Positions 11,488 through 23,600 are shown, counted from the first letter of the whole stretch. The stretch: DNA of 63,190 bases, filler included, from Octopus bimaculoides (GCF_001194135.2; 8 parts of 7 records of this genome joined end to end with filler, not necessarily neighbours in it); one strand, 5' to 3'. Notes: generated by a model from the sequence alone, not told the origin. Made by a program: numbers and translations.

Positions 11488-11765
11488 AAACGTAACAAAG
11501 TGAGGAAAGGAAATCCTTCAAAGGAGTCTGTTAAATATCCAATTCACTGGCACTTCAGTTGGAAACCATATAAATATTGGTATAATTCAATAATAAAGAT
11601 AAATTAAATATAGAGATATTCTATTGACATTCAATAATTTATTTATATTACATTACATTAAATATTATGAATATAATATATAACATAGGGTAATATTATA
11701 TAAATAATTATAAAAACCGTAAAAGTCCAACAAATTGTTTCGACATATATATATATTTTTTCTTT

Positions 11766-12001
11766 TTCTGATATACATAATCACAGTTCTATTATTTATA
11801 AGTCACTTCGGAGTCAGTCGGTTCAGGAAGACGAAATCCCGTCTGGTAAGGACGGCTGGATTGTAAAAATTAATTAATTCACAGACATTTGAATTAATTT
11901 TTACAATTTAGCCGTCCTTTTCAGACAGTATTTCGTCTTCCTGAACCGATTGACCCTGAAATGACTTATATATAATTGAACTGTGATTATGTATATCAGA
12001 A
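11766..12001. repeat. 236-bp palindromic fold-back element flanked by TA-rich microsatellite
   Basis: TTCTGATATACATAATCACAGTTC...GGACGGCTGGATTGTAAAAATTAATT, then a 10-nt loop ACAGACATTT, then a reverse-complementary arm ending CTGTGATTATGTATATCAGAA. Confidence 0.9.
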
Positions 12002-12017
12002 TATAAATATATATATT

Positions 12018-12077
12018 CAGTGGGACTGAACCCGGAACCATGTGGTTGGTAAGCAAGCTACTTACCACACAGCCACT
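12018..12077 (-). mobile_element. SINE family A head fragment
   Basis: CAGTGGGACTGAACCCGGAACCATGTGGTTGGTAAGCAAGCTACTTACCACACAGCCACT. Confidence 0.85.
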
Positions 12078-12134
12078 ATCCATACATATATGTACATACC
12101 TACATCTATATGTATACATACATGCATATATGGG

Positions 12135-12480
12135 TCCAGGACATCAAAAGAACGTTAAACACAATGAGAAACGAAAAACGAAAACAAGAAACGAACTTTT
12201 TTTCGAACAACGAAAAAAAACAAAAAAACAAACAGAGAAACGAGACATGCAGCATAAAGAGTATATTCCTTCGTCAGTTGTCCCTGTCCATCTACTCCGC
12301 GTTTCGAAGGCAAGGACAATACGCGACTTCGATGGAACAGTCCTTCCCGCAAAGCAAATTACATAAAATTTGGAATTTTTTGCGGAGGGTGAAAGTGTTA
12401 ACAAGAAAAGGAAAGTGAGAACAAGACAGTAAAAGCAATAAAAACAAGTAAAAACAAATGGTGAGAGATGTTGGGCCAAG
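12135..12480. repeat. Interspersed repeat shared with 40040-40345 and 16865-16990
   Basis: Shared blocks such as CCCGCAAAGCAAATTA.ATAAAATTTG...TTTGCGGAG and CTGAYGAAGG/TCGAAAC. Confidence 0.65.
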
Positions 12481-12619
12481 ACGATAGAAAAATCATTATG
12501 AACGCTAAGTAGAAGAGACNNNNNNNNNNNNNNNNNNNNNNNNNNNNNNNNNNNNNNNNNNNNTTAATTAATTAANNNNNNNNNNNNNNNNNNNNNNNNN
12601 NNNNNNNNNNNNNNNNNNN

Positions 12620-12960
12620 TTAGAGCCCTTTCTCCTTTTACATTACCTTTTTTTGTCCTACAGGTGTATTCTCAGAATTGGTCCGTTTATACTGGCCATT
12701 CTTCCAACAGTCACCCATCTTCCAACTAATTTGCTATGAGACAGCACTTCCCTCTCTACTCTTATCTTCCTTTTCAAGTGGAACTTGAAAAAGTTGATGA
12801 GGCCTTGGCCAAAGAGGAAAGTGTCTGACTTTAGCCCTTTCGAACGGGTCCACCATATCACCTCTTTCGCTACAGCCACTAGGCATAGGAAAATTGCCTT
12901 GCCCTCCCGGTTAAAGGTGGTCGGCGGGTCAATCCTCACGATGGATTCACCGGAACTAAT
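12620..12960 (-). mobile_element. Tx1-clade LINE ORF2 C-terminus and start of 3' UTR
   Basis: Peptide EGKAIFLCLVAVAKEVIWWTRSKGL...LINFFKFHLKRKIRVERE...RW. A homologous copy lies at 19237-19735. Confidence 0.7.
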
Positions 12961-13231
12961 AGACTATTAAGAGTAGCTGATGTAGAGATGGCAGAAAATA
13001 GGGTGTCTGAAGTAAGATGCCCACTAAGCGATGGGAGTAAACCAAACACAAGACTGGACAATAAACCATGGTGAAAGAGAAGGATCATTGGAGATGTAAA
13101 AAGAATACAGAGTGATCAGTCAGTACTCGACAGGAGGAATGGAATACTAAAGAACCAATGCAAATATAACATGTTGAAACAAAGATATGTTATCGATTTC
13201 AAAGTGTTGAAACATCCAACCATTTTCACCA

Positions 13232-13392
13232 CAGGTGGTGGTGATGGCGGCGGCGGCGGTGGTGTTAGCAGCGGTGGAAGTGGTGGGAGCGGTGGTGGCA
13301 GCGGCGGCGGTGGCAACGGCGGCGATGGCAGCGGCGGCGATGGCAGCGGCGGCGATGGCAGCGGCGGTGGTGGAAGCGGCGGTGGTGGTGGT
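13232..13392. repeat. GGC/GGT-rich low-complexity minisatellite (includes GGCGGCGATGGCAGC x3)
   Basis: Read directly; it explains the Gly-, Pro- and Ala-rich ORFs at 13116-13453. Confidence 0.9.
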
Positions 13393-13729
13393 AAGATGAG
13401 AGAGTTGTTTGCTTAACCCTAAGCCAACCCTGGTCAAATAGTCCTGTCATCAAACATACTGTGATATTTCTTTGGAGATGTCACAAAGATACTTTACGAG
13501 TACTATCATTGTTATATCGCACGTTCAGATGACCTCTACTCAACTACTATCTTTATTTAGGCATAAAGCCCCAACATAGAATGGACATTACAAGGACAGA
13601 CAACACAAAACGTAGAGTACATATAACGAATGATGAGTATGAAATTAAGTATTTACAATGGAAGGATGAAATGGCTTACGAGCCCTCCAAGCCTCGTAGT
13701 TCCATTTTACTGTTCTTTTATACAGTCTC

Positions 13730-15073
13730 TTATCTTTTTTTGTATCGTTCGTCCGTTATATGTTCAAGCAGATCCTCTCTCCCAATCACACTGGGTAGAT
13801 TCTCATATCGAACATAAATATCCGTATGGTTAATTAATTCCGGAAACGCTCCTATTAGTTTTTGTATCTTCTCTGTTTCCATTAACACTGCTTTCTCATC
13901 TGTTTCAAACAATCCTGGTTCCAATCTTACTCTAATCGCACCTTTTACCTTCGTTATCCTCCTTTCCAATTCTATATCTTTCTTATAGATCATTAACATT
14001 CTTAAATTTCGACCCGAAGGTCGTCCCATTCTCCTTGCTTTTACTCTTTGCTCGTGTACTTTATTCAACCACTCTTCCATTTTCTCTTGTCTAATTCTGT
14101 CTTTTTCACTAATTTCTTCTGTCTCCGGTTCCGTGGTTCGATTCTCTGTGTCTTCTGTTTCATCCACATATTTCTTTTTTGCCTTCCCTGCTTTTCTTTT
14201 CCTTGGGGTTTTGTGGGGTGACTCCACCCTCGACCTTTTTCTATCTGCCACAGCCTCCTCTTCCTTTTCTTCCACCTCCTTTTCTTCCACCACTTCTACC
14301 TATGCCTCATTGAATATCTCCTCCGTTTGCTCTTCTCTTAGGGGACATTTTGCTTGCATGTGTCCCCTACTTCTACATTTATAACATACGGGTGGTCTCC
14401 CCTCCACCACGACTCTCAGTCGGGTCTCATCGGGGAGTACCAATTCCTCGGCAATGTTGAGCAAATCTGGCAGGGTCACATGGATTAGAACCTCTAATCC
14501 AAAACCCCACCAGTCGACTTCTCTGGACCTCCCGACTCGTACGACCTCCACCCCGTCCCTACAACTGAAAACAACAGCTGCCAAAAGCCATTCGTCATCC
14601 ATCTCCGGGAGCACTGCGCCCATTCCCATCTTTGCTGCACGTTCTCCACAGTAGGCTGGCAACAACGCCCACCTTGCCGCTCTCAAGGCCACAGCGGAGC
14701 GCTTCTTCGCATCCTCCCCGCTTCCAAATCGCACCTCCACCGTGCCGCACTTTCTCCCTCTTGCGCAGAAGGCCGTCATTTCCCTCACCTGGGTGAGACA
14801 CTCCTCTACTTCTGCTTCCGCCACCTCTATCTTTTTTGTTTCAATGTTTAGTGTCCCGCACACTACTACTTTCTTCTCCGCTCACTGCGTGGCTCCCCTC
14901 GGCGGTGCCACCCGAAGGCAATCTCCCTCCTTCACAACTAATTCCTTATGCTTCATCACCTTGCTAATATCAAAACCAATTTCAGTCATCTGCATTGCGT
15001 CGGCAGACAGGCCCCTGCCCGCTGCCGCAGCGCATCCGGCCGCTTCTATACCCAACAATGGGTAGTACAACAA
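13730..15073 (-). pseudogene. Retroelement ORF1/gag-like reading frame (about 447 codons, two in-frame stops) with a CCHC zinc knuckle; probably Tx1 ORF1
   Basis: ORFs 14882-15073, 14300-14863 and 13730-14293 share one frame and are separated only by single stops (14882-14884, 14300-14302). The frame contains VVVEGRPPVCYKCRSRGHMQAKCP followed by an acidic/basic tail. Confidence 0.75.
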
Positions 15074-16614
15074 TTTTTCAAAAAACTTTCAACAACAATA
15101 AACAACAATATTCTTCAACAACCCTCAACAACTCACAAATAATTCAACCCACCACACGCAACGCACTCCTCAAAATCAAAATCGCTAACGCAAACTCAGA
15201 AATTTTCGGCTCAACTACCCCGCCGTCTAGACTTCTCCCTCTATATCTACGTATTGGGATAGCCTACTTCATCATCTGGGGGCGTCGACACAACACATTC
15301 ATAGTTTGGCAAATACTTTGTGAGGGATAAAATAAGTACCAGTAAAGCATTGCAGTCGATGTTATCTACTTAACTATTCCTCGGTGAGAGTATAAAAACT
15401 GCACTTTTCTGCCAAACCATGTCGAGCCATTGTGACAGAGCAGGCTCATCAGACCAGCATGATCTCAAGCTCAAATTCACAGCCTCCACATCAGACCGTT
15501 GACTGTGGAGAGAACATGCTGAGGCCTACGTCCTGCAGTAGATTGAACACAGGCAATCCAATTCAATCCAGCATCTTCTAATAACCAAGTCTCGCAGCAA
15601 ATCGATCGAACATGTTTGTATACATGGCGGAAACAACATCATTAACGTTGGGAAGGAACACGTCAGAAACGATTCTTTGTTTGGGTGACCTGGAATACAC
15701 AGCTTGACAAGTTACACAGCACTNNNNNNNNNNNNNNNNNNNNNNNNNNNNNNNNNNNNNNNNNNNNTTAATTAATTAANNNNNNNNNNNNNNNNNNNNN
15801 NNNNNNNNNNNNNNNNNNNNNNNCTGAAAAAAAAAAAAAAAAAAAGCCAATCACCCTGGGCCTTATATGCCAAGTTGGACCTCTTATTAGTTTTAATGTA
15901 TGAAAAATCATTTTTACTGAATCTTCGCTGCTGGCCATCAAATACGATATCTGTCGTTCAAATTTCACAAGTGATTTGTTATATATATTTGAATAATGTA
16001 TATTTATAATAATTTTTAACGGTTAAATCATCTTTAATCAACCATTATTTTTATGATCAACATTAACTTTGTTTAGCTTCACATTCAATATTCCGATAAC
16101 AACGGAATATATATGTGTATATATATGTATATGTATATACACATATACATATATATCTATGTATGATACGTCCGTCGCCCAAGTTTCTCAAGTGACCTGT
16201 TATAAGTATATATGTTTTTTTTTTTATCTGATTTATGTGTTTTGGAAACTATTTTTTTTACTGAAATCCTTTGAGAATAATGTAGTTCATAGTATATTTA
16301 GTTTTCGCTCTAGTGAAAAAAATCAAAAAAAAAAATCTAAAAATATTTATTTTCCAATATTGTGTTTGCGGTTTGCGCCTTCTAATCAATCGAGCAACAA
16401 GTTATCTTGTATGATTGCCATCCCAAATTGAGTAATCAATATATATTATTTATGTCTAGCAATAAAATCGGCCACAAAACTGTCTGATGGTTGGTGTTTC
16501 AAGTGGACGAAGCACTGCATCGGTCATTTAAGAGTCTGAATCGTTATCAGCCGTTAAATGTTTGTGTGATATTATCACATAGATACAGTATTACCCATCA
16601 AGTGACCTTTCACC

Positions 16615-16865
16615 CTTTTACTGTCATTTGACTTCGACCATGCTGGGGCATCGCCTTGAAGGATTTTAGTCGAAGAAGTCGACCCCCAAGAACTTTCCTT
16701 TTTTTTTCTTTCTTTTTTTTAGCTAGATACTTATTCTGTCTTTTTTTTGCTGAACTGCTAAGTTACGGGGACGTAAATAAACGAACACCGTCCTCATGTG
16801 GTGATGGAGGACAAACACACAAAGACACGCACATATGGTAAACGGAAACTGAAAGAAGCCCGTCG
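16615..16865 (-). mobile_element. SINE family A, 3' half
   Basis: GCTAAGTTACGGGGACGTAAATAAAC...ACGGAAACTGAAAGAAGCCCGTCG. Confidence 0.8.
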
Positions 16866-17086
16866 TGTATTGCCCTACTCTTCGAAACGCCTGTGTTAGA
16901 ATGGGGGTAGCTGATGAAGGAAAATGTTCTCTATGTGGCCTGTGTGTGTTCTGTGCTCTGGTTATTATTATTTTTTTGTCTACGTTTTGTTTGCAACGTC
17001 CTGTACCCAGATATGCACCTATATATACAGGTAGACGTAGGTATGCACATACCTGTACGTATATATGCATATACTCATTTATTATT

Positions 17087-17120
<34 letters not shown>

Positions 17121-17761
17121 NNNNNNNNNNNNNNNNNNNNNNNNNNNNNNNNNNNNNNNNNNNNNNNNNNNNNNNNNNNNNNNNNNNNNNNNNNNNNNNN
17201 NNNNNNNNNNNNNNNNNNNNNNNNNNNNNNNNNNNNNNNNNNNNNNNNNNNNNNNNNNNNNNNNNNNNNNNNNNNNNNNNNNNNNNNNNNNNNNNNNNNN
17301 NNNNNNNNNNNNNNNNNNNNNNNNNNNNNNNNNNNNNNNNNNNNNNNNNNNNNNNNNNNNNNNNNNNNNNNNNNNNNNNNNNNNNNNNNNNNNNNNNNNN
17401 NNNGATCGAAAATTCCTCGTGGAAGACCGGCTGCACAACAATTTATCGTTCCTCAAAACGAAATCCTCACTCGTCAATTAAAAACGAAAGAAGCTATGAT
17501 ATTCAATCACGTGTGTGATTTATATATAAACAGTTAACTTCAATCAGAGTAGAACGGATGATACTTCCTGGGGTCAATTTATTTGGCTAAAATCTATCCA
17601 GGAGGTGCCCCAGCATGGCCTCAGTCCAGTGGCCAAAACAAGTAAAAAGAATAACGACAACCTAATTTTAAAGATTTTATTCAATCGTTTCGGTCATTGG
17701 ACGATATTTCGATGTATTTATTTATGTCTATAAATCGAAAGATGTTGCAATTTGAAAGCGT

Positions 17762-18165
17762 TATTGACTGAGCTGCATGACAAACAGCGCGTGGGTGGCT
17801 GCTGAATTATTCATGAGGTGTAGCCTCTCGATTACAGAGACACGCGTGTGAAACGCGACTGACAGATTGACTGGCTGACATACCCGAATAAATGCGTGGG
17901 TAGCTGAGGAAATATATTGATTATTTATCGATTTTTGTGAGAAATTGTGGCCAACTACTCTACAACGCAAATACAACGTGGGTGGGTGATTGGTTCACGA
18001 ATTACTTATGGCTTACATATGCATCGATTGTTGAGAGAATGCGTGACTATGTACCCAAATGAATACACGGGTAGCTGGGGAGTTATGATCAATTATTTAT
18101 CGATTACTCAGAGTAAAGCGTGACTGATTGACTACACAGCGCAAATGATGCGTGGGTAGCTTATA
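17762..18165. repeat. Degenerate minisatellite with a period of about 85-105 bp
   Basis: GCGTGGGTAGCT-like anchor recurs five times, together with ATTATTTATCGATT and GCGTGACTGA blocks. Confidence 0.6.
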
Positions 18166-18177
18166 TATATTTTTGGT

Positions 18178-18640
18178 CTCTTGTTTTCAGTCAACGGTCT
18201 GCGGCCATACTGGGGCACCATCTTGAAGGGTTCTAGTCGAGTAAATCTACTCCGGTGCTTTCTTTATTTTTTAGAGTCTGGTTCTGATTCTACTTTATCG
18301 GTCTCTTATGCTGAAATTCTAAGTTACGAGTACGTAAACAAACCAAGTGGTGTTAGAGAACGACACAAAGACAGTTATATTTGTGTGTGTGTATGTATAC
18401 ATACATACGTACAAATATACATGCATGCATGCATACATACATTGCGTGTGTGTGTGTATATGTATATATATANNNNNNNNNNNNNNNNNNNNNNNNNNNN
18501 NNNNNNNNNNNNNNNNNNNNNNNNNNNNNNNNNNNNNNNNNNNNNNNNNNNNNNNNNNNNNNNNNNNNNNNNATGTATATATATGTGTGTGTGTGTATAT
18601 ATGTATATATATATGTATGTATATATGTGTATATAAATGT

Positions 18641-18699
<59 letters not shown>

Positions 18700-18855
18700 A
18701 ACGATGGGCTTCTTTCAGTTTCTGTCGAACACTTCTACTCACAAGTATTTGGTCGGCTCGGTGCAGTAGTAGAAGTCACTTGCCTAAGGTGCTATGCGGT
18801 GGTACTGAACCCAGAACCATGTGGCTGGGAAGCAAACTTCTTACCACATAGCCAT
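18178..18855 (-). mobile_element. SINE family A with expanded internal (TA/TG)n and a gap
   Basis: Head at 18700-18855 and tail at 18178-18370. Confidence 0.8.
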
Positions 18856-19225
18856 CGACCCCAGTACTCAAGTGGTTCTTAATTTATCGACCCTGAAACG
18901 ATGTAAGGCACAGTCGACCGCGGCGGAATTTGAACTCTGAACGTAACGACTAACGAAATGCCCGCTAAGTATTTTGCCAGGCGGGATAACGATTCAGCCA
19001 GCTCGCTGCATTAATAGTAATAATAATCCTTTCTACAAGGCCTGAAATTTGTGGGGAGGGGATTAGTCAATTACATCGACCCCAGTGCGTAACAGGTACT
19101 TATTTCATCGACCCTGAAAGGATGGAAGGTAAAGTCGACCTCGCTGGAATTTGAATTCGGACCGTGAAGACAGACGAAATGCATTTTGCCCGTAGTGCTA
19201 ACGATTCTGTCAGCTCGCCACCTTA
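18855..19225 (-). mobile_element. Two tandem SINE family B copies
   Basis: GTCGACC..GCGGAATTTGAAC...GCCAGCTCGC occurs twice, each followed by (TAA)n. Confidence 0.85.
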
Positions 19226-19236
19226 ATAATAATAAT

Positions 19237-19735
19237 TTTCTTTATTGGCCTCCAGAGCCGAACACGAAACATAGAGGACGATACACAGACGAGGGTCAGT
19301 AAGGTTAAACGTGTAAACAGCCAACAAACTGGGGCAGGGAGTGTCCCCCTGTAAGGTGACCAAAGAGACCTCACGCACTTTCGACCCTTTAACATCAGAG
19401 GTTCCTCAGGAAGGCACCCTCTTCTTCCTTCCATCCGGATTACAGGCGCACACTTAGAGTAGGCCCATTCTCGCGGGCCATTCTTGCTACATTCACCCAC
19501 CTTTCAACGAACTTGTTGGATGACAGTACCTCCCTCTCCAGCCTCACTTTCCTTTTCAGGTGGAACCTGAGATGGTCAATGATGCCTTGACCAAAGAAGA
19601 AGGCACCAGTCTTCAACCCTTTCATTCGCGTCCACTACAAAACCTCCTTTGCCATAGCCACCAGACAGAAAAAATTGCCCTCCCTTCCCGGCCAAAGGAA
19701 GGAGGCGGGGCGATCTTCACAATGGACTCGGATGA
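19237..19735 (-). mobile_element. 5'-truncated Tx1-clade LINE (ORF2 C-terminus, 3' UTR, AATAAAGAAA end)
   Basis: Peptide MKGLKTGAFFFGQGIIDHLRFHLKRKVRLEREVLSSNKFVERWVNVARMA. The 3' end reads CCAATAAAGAAA and abuts (ATT)n. Confidence 0.75.
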
Positions 19736-20799
19736 TAGTCGGATTCGTACTACGCGTGACAATAACTGTTCGACAAAGCTCCACGAGTTAGCAGTGCGCG
19801 GGAACTGTACGAGAGCATGTAGAACGGTTTCATCGCTTCGCGTGCATCTAATAATAATAGATAAATAAACTCATAATCAACTCCCTTAAATTTTGAAAGG
19901 GTTCCCATCAGAGGCCTGAAAGCAGTCATATTTCCACTTGGTAAGATTTCTCTTGGAGACCCTGATCCGAAGCATTTCTCTGGTTATTCTGTTTGTCTTT
20001 ATTACCATAATGAATCTAGGACTGAAGATTTAGCTGCTATTTTTAGCATGATGACGAACCACTAGGAGTCTTCTTCAGAGAAGACTGCTTGCTGCGATGT
20101 AACCGCTTGTAACGTTGTTTATAATGCATTTCCGAAAACGAGGCAAATTAGCAGAGTCGCTAGAGTGCCGAGAAGAATGTCTACCAGCGATTATTATGGG
20201 TTCTAATTTCACCTAGGTCAACTCCTTACTATCAACATTTTATTTTTAATTGATGTAAATTACAGGTTTATCTCCTTTGCTTGTTTGAACAAGAATTAAT
20301 CATTAATTTAATGATTCCTTTTTCTTCTTATTATGAGTGTAATTAGTTATAAACTGAGATTTCTTCGTTCAGCATTTTACCCACTTCTTTACTTAGAATC
20401 TACATGAAACTCTGGCATAATCATTAGTGTATTGGAGAGTATTGGATATTTGTTCAGTGTTCAAATCCCGCTGAGGTCAGCTTTCACTTTTTATTATCAG
20501 AATGTTGTATTTAAATTCCAGTTTTGTCTTCCTTGCCTTTCTGAACCATAATCATTAAAACAATAATTTGTTTTTCTCCTCACAATAAATGCAGCAACAA
20601 GAATTTGGAGTGTATTTTGCATTCAGTATCTTATCTACCCCTCTTATTGTCTACCTAAAAGTTTGGCACAGCTTTTAGATCGTTGGATAGGGTGTCTAGC
20701 GATGTTTGCTCTGGGATCAAGTCCTGCCTAGTTCAACTTTTACTTTTATATTGAATTCCAAGTTTGGCTCCCCTACTCTTGAAATTAACGTGCAAGTGG

Positions 20800-21452
20800 C
20801 TGAGCACTCCACGGACACGTGTACCCTTAACGTAGTTCTCGGGGAGATTCAGCGTGACACAGATTGTGACAAGGCTGACCCTTTGAAATACAAGTACAAC
20901 AGAAACAGGAAGAAAGAGTGAGAGGAAGTTGTGGTGAGAGAATACAGCAGGGTTCGCCACCACCACCCCCTGTCGGGGCCTCGTGGAGATTTAGGTGTTT
21001 TCGCTCAATAAACACTCACAACGCCCGGTCTGGGAATCGAAACCGCGATCCAATGACCNNNNNNNNNNNNNNNNNNNNNNNNNNNNNNNNNNNNNNNNNN
21101 NNTTAATTAATTAANNNNNNNNNNNNNNNNNNNNNNNNNNNNNNNNNNNNNNNNNNNNTGAACACTCCACAGACACATGTACCCTTAACGTAGTTCTCGG
21201 GGATATTCAGCGTGACACAGTGTGACAAGGCTGACCCTTTGAATTACAGGCACAACAGAAACAGGAAGTAAGAGTGAGAGAAAGTTGTGGTGGAAGAGTA
21301 CAGCAGGGTTCGCCACCATCCCCTGCTGGAGCCTCGTGGAGTTTTAGGTGTTTTCACTCAATAAACAATCACAACGCCCGGTCTGGGAATCGAAACCGCG
21401 ATCCTATGACCGCGAGTCCGCTGTCCTAACCACTGGGCCATTGCGCCTCCAC
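20800..21452 (-). mobile_element. Two copies of tRNA-derived SINE family C flanking a gap
   Basis: Head GGAGGCGCAATGGCCCAGTGGTTAGGACAGCGGACTCGCGGTCATAGGATCGCGGTTTCGATTCCC. The two copies are similar but not identical. Confidence 0.85.
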
Positions 21453-21479
21453 GAAAGAAAAATACTACAGAAATATAAA

Positions 21480-23600
21480 ATAGCAAGACAAGATGTACAT
21501 GAAACAAAAGAACATCTAAAGCAAAACATCCTTGCTTAAGCACAAAGAATCCATTGCTATGAAAAACATTGATGACTCTTTGAACAAAACAAGCAGTTTA
21601 ACTTCAATCTAAAATGATTCTACCAAGAACTCAGTAAAAGTAATAGATTAATGCAGCACAGCAGAAGTAGAAGAATTTTGGAAAGAAGTATAGGCAGTGA
21701 AGGAATTATCCAAGAAAATATTAATTAAAACAACAAACACAGTACCTGAACAACTGTGGACACCCACGACAATGAAAGAGGTAACCCAGGTAGTGCAAAA
21801 ATCAAATAATTGAAGATATCAGGACATGATAAGATTCCCGACTTCTGGCTAAATATTTAAGAGGGACACATAAGTTGCTAGCAGAGAAGTTTAATGAGAT
21901 GCTAATGGAGTTAGAGACATCTGAATGGCTCACAAAAACGAAAACATCCTAATTCCCAAATCTGCCAAAACTATAAACCTACATAACCACAGACCTGTAA
22001 CATATCTTCCGCAAGGAATGGGCAACACATCTAGAAGGAAACAACCTGTTTCCAAAAGAGAAGGGATGCTGCTAAACTCATATGTTTGTAAGATCAGTTA
22101 TAACTGAAAACAGCTGCAAGAAACAGGTCTAAGCATGACTTGGATTGATTACCAAAAGGCTTTTGACAGCATCCTCACAGATGGAGCCTTAAAAGACTAA
22201 TCATGAGCAAAGTAGCACCAACAGTGATAAAATTTATAAAACATATCATAATTAAGAATAACAATATCATATTGGATAAAGAAAATGAAATAAGAAAACT
22301 AGACTAAACTCAGACATACAAATACTTAGGAATCAATGAACTAGATACAGTACAACACATACAAACGAAAGAAAAAATAAGGAAAGAATATTATAGACGA
22401 TTTAGATTAATACTGAAAACAGAACTCTAGCTGTCACAGTTATAAGTTACAGTTAGAATACTCTTAGCTGGACACTAAATGAACTAGCCAAACCAGACAG
22501 GAAACAAGAAAAGTAATGACAGAATTTGGAAGAATACATCACCCAAAATTTGGCATAGAAATGTTATATAAAAACTGAAGGTGGTAGAGGCCTTATACAA
22601 ATAGAAAACAACTATAAAATAACCACCATAAGATTGCAGAAATATCTAACTCAGAACCAAGGAAAACTAGTACAAAGAGCCTCAAAAAAACTTGTTTTCT
22701 GGCTTTGAGGAAGTTGAAAAATACAAGAAAGAGGTTATAGTACTTGACAACTATGAAGAAAAAGAAACATCAAATGCTGTAAAGCAACTAAAACCTAAGT
22801 TAAACCTAGAACTATAAGATATCATGATAAAAAGATAGCAAGAAAATCCTTTACATGACAAATACTGGGATAAGCTAAACAGAAAAGAAATAGACAAAGC
22901 AAAATCCCAACACTGGTTGAGGAGTTCAAGTCTCAAAGCAGAGACTGAAAAGTTTTTAATTGTGGCACAAGATCAAAGCCTTCCCACCAGAAACCATCAA
23001 AAATACATAATGAAGAAAAATACAATAAGTAACTGCAGAATATATGGGGAGGGAGAAGAAACAATAAATTATATTGTTTCTGCTGCCCAGTCCTGGCCAA
23101 AAATGAATACATCTAGAGGCATGACAAAGTTGGAAGCTATGCCTCAGAAAATGACAAATCAACCATATTCTGGGATATGTCACACAGATAGAAAAATTAA
23201 GGTAATAGGCCAGATATTGTTGTCAGGGACCAATAAGTAAAAAAAATAAAAGAAGCTTTCTAATCAACATATGAATCACAAAAAATGACAATGTATCTCT
23301 AAAAGAAAAGGAGAAAGCCTTGAAATACAAAGATCTAGAAATAGAGATGACTTGAATGTGGGGCCTGAACACAGAAATGATTCATATAAAAATAGATGCA
23401 TAAGGCATGGTTAAAAAACATACAAAACAATACACAACCAAAACACCAGGACTTATGAATATATATAGCATACAGAAAATAGCACTACTAGGCACCGCAC
23501 ATGTTCTATGTAAAGCACTTTGAATACAGTAACAATAACAATACTGAAGCACATACCCAAGGCACACTGAGCTGCACTTGGTAGTGCAGTGAAAGCATGT
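21480..23600 (+). mobile_element. Decayed R4/Dong-clade non-LTR retrotransposon (RT plus restriction-like endonuclease)
   Basis: RT motif WIDYQKAFDSI at about 22140; LKAETEKFLIVAQDQSLPTRNHQK..CRI..EETINYIVS; RPDIV; KYKDLEIEMT; IQKIALLGTAHVL. Confidence 0.85.

Noticed and set aside
12564-12575. TTAATTAATTAA islands inside N-runs (also near 15768, 21103, 35469, 39717, 42817, 61291)
   Set aside because: The same 12-mer with stops in all six frames is centred in 50-N flanks; it is an assembly gap spacer, not biological sequence.
13116-13453. Gly-rich and Pro-rich ORFs
   Set aside because: They are translations of a GGC/GGT minisatellite with no supporting splice or start context.
15420-15460. 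CTGATGA on the minus strand with a GCC...GGC hairpin
   Set aside because: There is no GAAA box or cleavage triplet at the required position, so it is not a hammerhead.
20800-21452. Apparent tandem duplication across a gap
   Set aside because: The two copies differ at many positions and are simply members of an abundant SINE family at contig ends.
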